Below, in pieces: positions 10,390 to 19,366 of a DNA stretch of 64,000 bases. Origin of the DNA: Acholeplasmataceae bacterium (GTDB lineage Bacteria > Bacillota_I > Bacilli_A > Acholeplasmatales > Acholeplasmataceae); NCBI GenBank assembly GCA_963667565.1, contig OY763415.1, forward strand, positions 160,001 to 224,000. Reading direction: 5' to 3'. The first letter of the stretch is position 1, and every line of letters begins with the position of its first letter. Below the pieces are notes generated by a model that was not told the DNA's origin, ran no database searches, and saw nothing but the letters and a program-made list of their open reading frames with translations. Both the position numbers and the translations under genes were made by a program.

Positions 10390-10981
10390 TGACTATGGAT
10401 TTGCCATAGAAAAAATCTTATTTAAAGAATATAAACGTCTTGATTTAACAATGCCTGAATTAACGGTTTTGCTTGCATTGTTAGATATCTATAAAAAGAG
10501 ACGTACTTTTTCTATTTTGGCCATTTCTAGAAGAGTTGACTACAATCAAAATGAAATTGCGAGTATTGTTGAATCATTAATGGATAAAGCATTTATTTCA
10601 ATCACTTTAGAATTAAAAGATGGAAAAGAAAGAGAAATTTTTCATATGAGTCATGTCTTTGAAAAACTTGAACTGTTATTTGAAAAAGATGAGAGAATAA
10701 AAGAACAAGAAGCATATGAAAATCAAATTTCTGAGACAATTAAGAAATTCGAACAAGGATTAGGACGTGTACTAAAATCATATGAACTTGAGAATATTCG
10801 CATTTGGTATGATCAAAAAACATATACTGATGAACAGATTAAAGCTGCAATTGAAAGTGCAGCAGGACAGTTATCGATTAAATATGTAGAACGTATCTTA
10901 ACGCAACAAATTATACCTCACAAGGAAATTGATGAAGATGTTGATGCTGCACTTGACAACGTCTTTAAGAAAATAAAATGA
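10367..10981 (+). CDS. DnaD-domain replication protein
   Basis: N-terminal winged-helix-like region and DnaD/DnaB_2-like 'FEQGLGRVLKSYELE...SIKYVERIL'; dnaD-nth adjacency as in Firmicutes. Confidence 0.8.
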   Translation: MILKRLYDDYGFAIEKILFKEYKRLDLTMPELTVLLALLDIYKKRRTFSILAISRRVDYNQNEIASIVESLMDKAFISITLELKDGKEREIFHMSHVFEKLELLFEKDERIKEQEAYENQISETIKKFEQGLGRVLKSYELENIRIWYDQKTYTDEQIKAAIESAAGQLSIKYVERILTQQIIPHKEIDEDVDAALDNVFKKIK

Positions 10982-11619
10982 GTAAAGTAGAACACATTTT
11001 AGATGTACTGAATATGATGTATCCCGATGCACATGTAGAACTCACACATAAAAATAACTTTGAGTTATTAGTTGCAGTTGTCTTAAGTGCGCAAACAACA
11101 GACATTAGTGTAAATAAAGTTACTCCTGCATTGTTTGATCGATATCCGGATGCATATCATTTAAGTCAAGCACATCCAAAAGATATCGAAGCATATATAA
11201 AATCCATTGGATTATATAAAAATAAATCTACACACATCGTGAATTTAGCAAAAGCACTTGTTGAAAAGCATGATGGTATGGTTCCAGGAGATAGAAAATC
11301 ATTAGAAGCATTACCAGGTGTTGGTAGAAAAACAGCAAATGTCGTCTTGAGTAATGCATTCAACATTCCAGCATTAGCAGTTGATACACATGTCGCAAGA
11401 GTTTCTAAAAGATTAGGTCTTGCTAAAAAAGATGATGATGTTTTAGAAATTGAGAAAAAACTTAATAGGAAGATTCCTAAAATATATTGGACGAAGGTTC
11501 ACCATCAGTTGATATTTTTTGGAAGATATCACTGTTTAGCAAAAAATCCTAAATGCGGAAATTGTCCTTTATTTGACATTTGCAAGTTTAGCGAAAAAAA
11601 TGAATATAAAGATAAATGA
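10978..11619 (+). CDS. nth: Endonuclease III
   Basis: 'LLVAVVLSAQTTD', HhH 'LPGVGRKTANVV', 'VDTHV', 4Fe-4S motif C-x6-C-x2-C-x5-C. Confidence 0.97.
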   Translation: MSKVEHILDVLNMMYPDAHVELTHKNNFELLVAVVLSAQTTDISVNKVTPALFDRYPDAYHLSQAHPKDIEAYIKSIGLYKNKSTHIVNLAKALVEKHDGMVPGDRKSLEALPGVGRKTANVVLSNAFNIPALAVDTHVARVSKRLGLAKKDDDVLEIEKKLNRKIPKIYWTKVHHQLIFFGRYHCLAKNPKCGNCPLFDICKFSEKNEYKDK

Positions 11620-11643
11620 CACCTTGAAAAAGGTGTTTTTTTT
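11618..11643 (+). terminator. Intrinsic terminator after nth
   Basis: GACACCTT-gaaa-AAGGTGTT followed by T-run. Confidence 0.8.
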
Positions 11644-11715
11644 CAAATTTCTTTATGGATTTGTTTTTTAATTAAATGCAAAATTATTTTGTAAATGTAC
11701 ACATGGAGGATATAA

Positions 11716-12915
11716 ATGAAAACAAGTATTGCAGAAATAAAGTTTCAAATGAGAAAGCGAGGTGATAATTTAGAAAAAAGTCCAATAGGATCAAAACTAA
11801 AGTTTAAACGTAAACAATTGAATCTTACACTAGAAGAAGGTTCACAAGATATTTGTAGTGTTTCATACTTATCAAAAGTTGAAAACAACTTAATTAAACC
11901 TACGGATAAATATATTGATATGCTCAAACAAAAATATCAAATGACTTCAGATGAATTCAATGAAGATCTTTATGATACGGATTTAGATATGATGATCTTG
12001 TCATTATTTAAAGATAAAAGATATATGTATGATGCATATGATCATCCTTATGAAGACTATCAGGAATTTATGAGAAAATATACCTATTTATCACTTTCAA
12101 ATCGTTATGAAGAAGCATCACATTTATTTAAAGATCTCGCTTTATTCATTCCTAATTTACCGTTAAAATCACTCAATGTCATGCTTGCAGTGACTGCTAG
12201 AAATTTATATCATGATCTTAGATTTAGCGATGCAAAGGAACTGCTTCTTTTAATGCATATGGAGGAAGAAGATATCATCTTAAACATGATACAGAAAAAA
12301 TGGCTGCTAAAAATATCACTTAAATTAAAACAAGCATTACTATTTGAAAAAATCTATCAAGAATACATCGAACTTTTGGTTAAAGAACAATATTTCGATG
12401 AAATCCCTAAAATTGAATTAGAAAGAAAAATATTATTCCAAGAAATCAATAAAATCAACTATAAAGCAATTGATATGCAACAACCAGAAATATTAAAAAC
12501 AAGTGTTAGAGGTATGTATCGTCAAGGTTTGTATGAGCAAATTATAGCATATACAAAAAATCATCTTGATGATCCAATATGTCTTATTTATCATCTAAGA
12601 TCACTGGAAAAACAAAGTGATAAAAAACAACTTATCAACAAACTCAAAGAGGTGATGCTATTTAAGATAACAGATAGAACAGCTGAACTTGTCATTAGAC
12701 ATTTAAGATTTAAATATCTTTCACATAAAGAGGATCAATTACAATATTTACGCAATGAAGTCCTAGGTTTTAAACACATGACAGATGAAATTGATATCCT
12801 TTATTATTTTATGATGGATGCTTTTGAAATATTTAAAAAATATCATTATTACAAAGAATCTGCCGAAATTATAAGTAAATATTTGCCAATGATTAAGCAA
12901 TTAAAAAATTCTTAA
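11716..12915 (+). CDS. XRE-type HTH transcriptional regulator with long helical C-terminal domain (Rgg/PlcR-like architecture)
   Basis: 'IGSKLKFKRKQLNLTLEEGSQDICSVSYLSKVENN' XRE HTH; about 320 aa of apparently helical C-terminus; 399 aa. Confidence 0.75.
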   Translation: MKTSIAEIKFQMRKRGDNLEKSPIGSKLKFKRKQLNLTLEEGSQDICSVSYLSKVENNLIKPTDKYIDMLKQKYQMTSDEFNEDLYDTDLDMMILSLFKDKRYMYDAYDHPYEDYQEFMRKYTYLSLSNRYEEASHLFKDLALFIPNLPLKSLNVMLAVTARNLYHDLRFSDAKELLLLMHMEEEDIILNMIQKKWLLKISLKLKQALLFEKIYQEYIELLVKEQYFDEIPKIELERKILFQEINKINYKAIDMQQPEILKTSVRGMYRQGLYEQIIAYTKNHLDDPICLIYHLRSLEKQSDKKQLINKLKEVMLFKITDRTAELVIRHLRFKYLSHKEDQLQYLRNEVLGFKHMTDEIDILYYFMMDAFEIFKKYHYYKESAEIISKYLPMIKQLKNS

Positions 12916-12916
12916 A

Positions 12917-12956
12917 AAAAGACTGTACGAAAGTGGTTTCGTATGGTCTTTGTTTA
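12917..12956 (+). terminator. Intrinsic terminator after the XRE regulator
   Basis: AAAGACTGTACGAAA-gtgg-TTTCGTATGGTCTTT hairpin (with G-U pairs) then T-rich. Confidence 0.7.
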
Positions 12957-12985
12957 TTGACTAAAAGTCAATATTCAATTATACT
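12957..12985 (+). promoter_or_regulatory. Sigma70 promoter of ABC exporter pair
   Basis: TTGACT-17 nt-TATACT. Confidence 0.7.
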
Positions 12986-13010
12986 ATCATGGGGCAGGAG
13001 GAGATTATAT

Positions 13011-14855
13011 ATGAGAGCAATTCGATTATTCAAATTAGCAAAAGGCTTTTGGGTCTTGTTTTTAGTTGCTGCTCTATTTGTAGTTATTCATCAATATACG
13101 TATTCAAACGTACCACTTTTCACTCAATTTTTAATAAAAACACTAACGAATGATCCTCGTGTTATTATCGGTACTGCATCTGTAAGTGAAGTGCATTTAC
13201 CTGCATTTGTTATTACGTTTTTCATGCGTGATAATGATACGTTAAATATCATCATAAGAATTGCGATGGGTTTAATTATACTTCAAGCATTCCGTTTTAC
13301 CATGCGTTTCTTTGAAATGTGGATTAAAGGATATTTATTTGAGTCAATGGCTGAATCGCATCGTAACAAGATGTATAGTCATATTCAAAGTCTTGACTAT
13401 AAATTTCACAATAATGTTGATACTGGAGATCTCATTCAGCGTGTAACAACAGATATTGAATCTGTGACAAGTTTTCTTACTACACGTATGCTTGACTTAG
13501 TCTATTTAGTAGTCACTTTATTCTTTGGTGCATATCAATTAATACTCATAAATCCAACGATGGTTTGGGTATCTTTATCAATCGTGCCATTGATTGGAGC
13601 TTCATCTATTGTTTATTTTAAAAAGATTGATAAACTCTTCTTAAACATTGAAGAGATTGAAGCTAAAATGATTACTGTCGTTCAAGAAAATTTAGCTGGT
13701 TTGAAAGTCGTTAGAGCATTTGCTAACGAAAAATTTGAACTTGATAAAATGGATGTTAAAAACAGAGCATATGCTGACGCATTGATTAAAGCTAATAAGA
13801 TTAGTGCTCTATATTGGGGATCTATGGACTTTATAAGTATCTCACAATATTTAGTCATTATTGCTATTGGTATCTTTGCAGTCCAAAGAGGTACAATGGA
13901 TGCGGCATCAGTGATTGCATCACTTGCACTTGTTGGCATGCTTATTTGGCCAGTAAGAGGACTTGGAAGACTTATTAACGATTTTGGAAAAGCGCTCGTG
14001 TCATCAGATCGTATTTATGAAATCATGAGTAAAGAAAGTGAATTTATTCACGATGGTACAAAAGAGATTCATGTTAAAGGTGATATAGAGTTTAAAAATG
14101 TATCATTTAAATTTGATGATAGTAATTCACACTTATTGCAAAATGTTAACTTTAAGATTGAAGCTGGGGAAACAGTTGCCATTATTGGTAGAACTGGTTC
14201 AGGTAAGTCTACAATCATTCATTTACTCATGCGTATGTATGAGTACAATGATGGTGAGATTTTTATTGATGGCATACCTTTAAGAGATATTAAAAAACAA
14301 AATATTCGTTCACAAATGGGTGTTGTTTTACAAGAACCATTCTTATATTCAAAAACTGTTTTTGAAAATATTGCGATTACTAATAAGCATTTAAATGGTG
14401 AAAAAGTAACTGAAGCTGCAACCGCTGCTGCATTACAAAAAGATATTGATACATTTAAACAGGGATATCAAACACTTGTTGGTGAAAAAGGCACGACATT
14501 ATCTGGTGGACAAAAACAAAGAGTTGCTATCGCTAGAGTACTTGTTAAAAATCAACCTATATTAATTTTTGATGATGCACTTTCAGCAGTCGATACACAA
14601 ACTGATCTAATGATCAGAAAAGCATTATTAGAAAAAAATTATAAACATACTACAATCATCATTACACATCGTATTACAACAGCTAAAGAAGCTGATAAAA
14701 TTATTGTTATTGATGAAGGTAAGGTACAACATATTGGTACACATCAAACCTTAAAAAACATTCCAGGGTTATATCAAACACTTTGGAATATTCAAGGTAA
14801 ATTAGAAGAAGAGTTTGAAGAAATGATAAAGGTAGGTGATTCACATGCATCATGA
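13011..14855 (+). CDS. ABC exporter subunit (TMD + NBD); start moved to ATG 13011
   Basis: RBS AGGAGG before 13011; Walker A GRTGSGKS, LSGGQKQR, degenerate Walker B 'IFDDALSAVD'. Confidence 0.93.
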   Translation: MRAIRLFKLAKGFWVLFLVAALFVVIHQYTYSNVPLFTQFLIKTLTNDPRVIIGTASVSEVHLPAFVITFFMRDNDTLNIIIRIAMGLIILQAFRFTMRFFEMWIKGYLFESMAESHRNKMYSHIQSLDYKFHNNVDTGDLIQRVTTDIESVTSFLTTRMLDLVYLVVTLFFGAYQLILINPTMVWVSLSIVPLIGASSIVYFKKIDKLFLNIEEIEAKMITVVQENLAGLKVVRAFANEKFELDKMDVKNRAYADALIKANKISALYWGSMDFISISQYLVIIAIGIFAVQRGTMDAASVIASLALVGMLIWPVRGLGRLINDFGKALVSSDRIYEIMSKESEFIHDGTKEIHVKGDIEFKNVSFKFDDSNSHLLQNVNFKIEAGETVAIIGRTGSGKSTIIHLLMRMYEYNDGEIFIDGIPLRDIKKQNIRSQMGVVLQEPFLYSKTVFENIAITNKHLNGEKVTEAATAAALQKDIDTFKQGYQTLVGEKGTTLSGGQKQRVAIARVLVKNQPILIFDDALSAVDTQTDLMIRKALLEKNYKHTTIIITHRITTAKEADKIIVIDEGKVQHIGTHQTLKNIPGLYQTLWNIQGKLEEEFEEMIKVGDSHAS

Positions 14856-16668
14856 AGATGATCAAGACATCCAATCCCGAGTTAATTTTCAAACATGGAA
14901 AAAAATTCTAAAAATTATACTAAAATCTAAAAAAAGAATTATACTGCTGATGCTTTTTTCTGGTATACTCGCAATCTTAGATACATCGATTCCATTATTT
15001 AATCGATATGCCATTGATCATTTCTTTGTCGCTGGTGATTATTCGACATGGCCATGGTATGTTGTTGCAAATATTTTACTTGCTGTTGGATTTGGATTGT
15101 CGGTTTGGGGATTCATTAAACAAGCGGGTATTATCGAAGCAGAAACCAGTTATGAGTTAAGAAAACAAGCATTTGAAAACTTGCAAAAATTATCTTATGG
15201 TTATTTTGATAAAACACCACATGGATGGATTATGGCAAGAATGACATCAGATGCTAGAAAATTATCTTTAATTATTTCATGGGGTTTAGTTGATTTTGTT
15301 TGGGCAGGACTTTCCATGTTGTTTATCATCACGGTTTTATTTATCACATATGTAAAACTTGCATTAGTGGTTGCTGTATTCCTTCCGTTTATGTTTTTAA
15401 TTGCTTATTTTTTCCAAAAACGTATTTTAAAACAATACCGAGAAGCGAAAAAACATAATTCAGCACTCACCGCACAATATAACGAAGGATTTCAAGGGGC
15501 TAAGACGACAAAATCTTTAACCATTGAAAAAGATAATTATATTGAATTCTCAGATACAGCTAGAAAATTGAGAAGAGCGAGTGTTAAAGCACAAATCACT
15601 ACAGCATTTTTCTCATCGATCATCTTGATTATTGCATATATTGCAGTTGCACTCACGATGGTTAATGGTAGTGTTTATGTACTAGGTGCACTGATATCAC
15701 TTGGGACTTTACAAATGTTTATATCTTATACGATTAATTTCTTTGAACCGATTATGGCGATTTCTCGTATTTTATCAGATTTTCAAAATGCACAAGCATC
15801 TGCTGAACGTATTGTTGGTTTAATTGAAACAAAACCACAAATCGTTGATAAAGATGAAGTTATTGAAAAATATGGAACCATTTTTGATGATAAAAAAGAC
15901 AATTGGGAACATCTTAGAGGTGAAGTAGAATTTAAAGACATCACATTCTTCTATAATGAAAATGAACATATATTTAATCATTTTAATTTTAAGGTTGAAG
16001 CAGGTAAATCAGTTGCACTTGTTGGACATACAGGCTCTGGTAAAACATCTTTTGTAAATTTACTTTCAAGATTTTATGAGCCACAAGAAGGACAAATCTT
16101 AATTGATGGTATTGATTACAGAGAAAGAAGTATCCATTGGCTACACAAACGCCTAGGTTATGTATTGCAGTCACCACAATTATTTTCCACATCAATTTTA
16201 GAAAATATTAGATATGGTAGATTAACAGCAACAGATGAAGAAGTGATTAGTGCAGCAAAGAGTGTCGGTATTGATCAATTTGTAGATAAACTTGAACATG
16301 GATATGAAACATCAGTAGGCGAAGGTGGGAATTTACTATCTGTAGGTCAAAAACAATTGATTTCATTTGCAAGAGCTATTCTTGCGGATCCTAGAATTTT
16401 AATTTTAGATGAAGCAACCTCTTCTATTGATTCAGAAACAGAACAAATTATTCAACAAGCAACAAATAGACTTTTAGAAAAACGTACAAGTTTTATTGTT
16501 GCACACCGACTATCAACCATTGTTAATGCAGACATTATCGTTATGCTTGAGATGGGTAAAATTGTTGAGATGGGATCACATGATGAATTGATTAAATTAA
16601 GAGGTAAATATTTCTCATTATATAAAAATCAATTTTTCAAAGAAAAAGAACAAGCATATAATTTTTAA
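14845..16668 (+). CDS. ABC exporter partner subunit (heterodimer)
   Basis: GHTGSGKT, LSVGQKQ, 'ILDEATSSID'; overlaps previous gene; ATG 14845 follows AGGTG. Confidence 0.93.
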   Translation: MHHEDDQDIQSRVNFQTWKKILKIILKSKKRIILLMLFSGILAILDTSIPLFNRYAIDHFFVAGDYSTWPWYVVANILLAVGFGLSVWGFIKQAGIIEAETSYELRKQAFENLQKLSYGYFDKTPHGWIMARMTSDARKLSLIISWGLVDFVWAGLSMLFIITVLFITYVKLALVVAVFLPFMFLIAYFFQKRILKQYREAKKHNSALTAQYNEGFQGAKTTKSLTIEKDNYIEFSDTARKLRRASVKAQITTAFFSSIILIIAYIAVALTMVNGSVYVLGALISLGTLQMFISYTINFFEPIMAISRILSDFQNAQASAERIVGLIETKPQIVDKDEVIEKYGTIFDDKKDNWEHLRGEVEFKDITFFYNENEHIFNHFNFKVEAGKSVALVGHTGSGKTSFVNLLSRFYEPQEGQILIDGIDYRERSIHWLHKRLGYVLQSPQLFSTSILENIRYGRLTATDEEVISAAKSVGIDQFVDKLEHGYETSVGEGGNLLSVGQKQLISFARAILADPRILILDEATSSIDSETEQIIQQATNRLLEKRTSFIVAHRLSTIVNADIIVMLEMGKIVEMGSHDELIKLRGKYFSLYKNQFFKEKEQAYNF

Positions 16669-16715
16669 AAAGAAAAAAGGCATCAATCAATCTATGATGA
16701 TATAGAGGTGAATGT

Positions 16716-18782
16716 ATGTCTTTTTTATTTTCTTTAATGACGCTTTTAGGTAGTTATCAGGTTGTTTGGCAACATACTGATATTGATGTACCATTAAATG
16801 CGTCTATCTATGACTATGTCGATATACCAAAAGCTAAACTATATATTGATGGTATCTATATCGATACACAGGTAAACTATATATATAATGGTGTCAATAG
16901 GACGTTTTTATCAACTGTTCAAACAAGTTATGTCAAATCATATCAAATTGATTATGAAGCATATTTTCCTAATTATGATATTAAAGATGATTACAGTATT
17001 TATTTTAATGTGGTTGATGAAGTTCCTCCAGTATTTATATTTATACCCGAGTATGAAATTGATGTTGGAGAAAATCTTCCGGATTTTTTAGAATCTATAA
17101 CATATAGTGATAACTATGATGATGTTATTAATATCCATTGTACTGTCGACTCACATGAAGTCAATATTGATGTTATAGGTCACTATAAAATCATTTATTA
17201 CTTAAGTGATACATCTCATAATCAAACTATAGAAGAAAGATACATTCATGTTGTTGACCGAATTTCCCCAAGAATTGAAGTCGTTAAACCATTGATGATT
17301 GATGTCCATCTAACAAAGTCAATATTTGATGATTTCATAAAAGTCACAGATAATTATGATCTAATTGTCGATGTAACCTATGATGATGCTGAAATTGATT
17401 ATGATAGGTTAGGCACATATATTTTAAATGTGGTTGCAAAAGATCAATCACAAAACATAACGAACAAATTATTTAAAGTTGATATTGTTGATCATAAAGC
17501 GCCTCAACTTATCTTGACGAGTTCTAAAACAATTGATGTTTTTGATATAGAAGCTATCAACCATTTAGATCGTTATATATTAAGTATTAGTGACAATTAT
17601 GATGATAAAGAACAATTAATCATAAGTTATACGCATGATATTGATATCAATCACTTAGGAACTTATCACCTTATCATAGGTGTGATGGACACTTCAGGAA
17701 ATTCAACTTCACAATCAATTGACATAAAAGTCGTTGACTCAAAAGGACCAATGATTACGTTAAAAGAGGCACTAGTTTTTCAAGTGTTTGATATAAAACC
17801 GTTCATCAATTTGCATTTTGACATCATTGATAATTATGATCCATTCGAAAGTTTAACAATCCAAATTGATGAAGACATCGATATGAATAAAATTGGATCA
17901 TATCCTGTAACTTTAACAGTGAAGGATCTATCCAAAAATGTGAGTTATTATTATACATATGTCACAGTCATTGATGAGATACCACCTGAGATTAATGAAA
18001 TAAGCGATATCATTATTACAGGTTTTCAACAAATTGACTATACATCATATTTTAGTTTTTCAGATAATTATGATGATGTAGGTGATATTACTTTTGAATT
18101 TGATGATCAAGAAGTTGATTATCAAAACAAAGGAACATATGATTTAATCATTTATGCTAAAGATTTATCACAAAATATAAGCACTTATAAAGCATTGATT
18201 TATATCTTAGATATTATTGCACCAGAAATAGAACTTAATCAGTATGATATCTTTGTTGAACTCAATAGTGAACCATATAATTTTTATGAAAATATATGGT
18301 CAGCATCAGATAACTATGATGCATTAACTAAGGATGATGTTGTTATTAAGTATGATATTTCATATGATAAAATTGGTGTTTATACCGTTTTGTATCAACT
18401 AACTGATGACAGTTTAAATCAAACAAATGTATATTTATCATTTGTGGTAGATGACTTTACAAAGCCATTAGTTACCATAGATGATATTGTTGTTAAAAAA
18501 AATGAATCAATCGATTTTTTATCAGGAATTCATGTCATAGATGACTCGTTATATGAAATCTATTATGATTCAACTTATATTGATTTCAATCGAGTAGGAA
18601 CCCAATATTTAACGTATGTGATCATGGATGAAAGAGGAAATTATCAAACATATATAAGAAGAATTGATATTTTGAAAAATCAAAAACCTTTTGATTACTG
18701 GAGTTTTGCACCGATGGGCTTGGTTTTAATATTAAGTGCTATTTTATCGTTTTATGTATATCAAAAGTCACATCATTTTTAA
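16716..18782 (+). CDS. Surface protein of tandem Ig-like (DUF5011/HYR-like) repeats with C-terminal membrane anchor
   Basis: About 80-aa units 'VVD..PP...DNYD...G.Y......D.S.N' (six with DNYD plus degenerate end units); short hydrophobic N-terminus; C-terminal TM 'FAPMGLVLILSAILSFYVY'. Confidence 0.8.
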   Translation: MSFLFSLMTLLGSYQVVWQHTDIDVPLNASIYDYVDIPKAKLYIDGIYIDTQVNYIYNGVNRTFLSTVQTSYVKSYQIDYEAYFPNYDIKDDYSIYFNVVDEVPPVFIFIPEYEIDVGENLPDFLESITYSDNYDDVINIHCTVDSHEVNIDVIGHYKIIYYLSDTSHNQTIEERYIHVVDRISPRIEVVKPLMIDVHLTKSIFDDFIKVTDNYDLIVDVTYDDAEIDYDRLGTYILNVVAKDQSQNITNKLFKVDIVDHKAPQLILTSSKTIDVFDIEAINHLDRYILSISDNYDDKEQLIISYTHDIDINHLGTYHLIIGVMDTSGNSTSQSIDIKVVDSKGPMITLKEALVFQVFDIKPFINLHFDIIDNYDPFESLTIQIDEDIDMNKIGSYPVTLTVKDLSKNVSYYYTYVTVIDEIPPEINEISDIIITGFQQIDYTSYFSFSDNYDDVGDITFEFDDQEVDYQNKGTYDLIIYAKDLSQNISTYKALIYILDIIAPEIELNQYDIFVELNSEPYNFYENIWSASDNYDALTKDDVVIKYDISYDKIGVYTVLYQLTDDSLNQTNVYLSFVVDDFTKPLVTIDDIVVKKNESIDFLSGIHVIDDSLYEIYYDSTYIDFNRVGTQYLTYVIMDERGNYQTYIRRIDILKNQKPFDYWSFAPMGLVLILSAILSFYVYQKSHHF

Positions 18783-18792
18783 GTAATATGTT

Positions 18793-18821
18793 TTGACAAG
18801 ATTTTGTAAATCTACTATAAT
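18793..18821 (+). promoter_or_regulatory. Consensus sigma70 promoter of flavodoxin
   Basis: TTGACA-17 nt-TATAAT. Confidence 0.85.
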
Positions 18822-18856
18822 AAATCCATAGTATGATAATCAAAGGAGATTTCAAT

Positions 18857-19285
18857 ATGGCAAACGTATTAGTTGTATACTGGACAGGTACTGGTAACAC
18901 AGAAATCATGGCTGAAAAAGTAAAAGAAGGTTTAGAAAATGCTGGAGCAACTGTTGACTATAGAAGTGTTGATGCAGTTGAACCGGATGAAATAGAAGGA
19001 TTTGATTTGGTTGCTTTTGGATGTCCATCTATGGGTGTTGAAGCACTTGAAGAAGATGAATTCGAACCATTTTTCGAAGGATGCGAGATTTTCCTTAAAG
19101 ATAAGAAAGTCGCATTATTTGGATCTTATGGTTGGGGTGAAGGCGAGTGGATGGATGCATGGGAAGACCGCGTAAGAGAAGCTGGAGCTCAACTTTTTGA
19201 AGGTGGATTAAAAATCAATTCAACTCCAAGTAGCGAAGAAGAAGGTACTTGTGTAGAATTTGGTGAAAGATTTGCTAAATTTTAA
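18857..19285 (+). CDS. Short-chain flavodoxin; start moved to 18857
   Basis: 'VYWTGTGNTE', 'FGCPSMG', 'ALFGSYGWG.GEWM'; RBS AAAGGAG. Confidence 0.95.
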   Translation: MANVLVVYWTGTGNTEIMAEKVKEGLENAGATVDYRSVDAVEPDEIEGFDLVAFGCPSMGVEALEEDEFEPFFEGCEIFLKDKKVALFGSYGWGEGEWMDAWEDRVREAGAQLFEGGLKINSTPSSEEEGTCVEFGERFAKF

Positions 19286-19293
19286 ATTGAAAT

Positions 19294-19320
19294 AAAAATG
19301 CTGATTCAGCATTTTTTTTT
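19294..19320 (+). terminator. Intrinsic terminator after flavodoxin
   Basis: AAAAATGCTG-att-CAGCATTTTTTTTT. Confidence 0.75.
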
Positions 19321-19366
19321 AGACTTTAGTCTAATCATTGATATAATATGATTAGTAGGTGATTTC

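Noticed and set aside
11618..11643. CACCTT/AAGGTG hairpin as a third copy of the 35-bp cassette repeat (also 42437-42463)
   Set aside because: Only the stem is shared; loop and downstream TATTTTATAATAA differ, so these are ordinary terminators.
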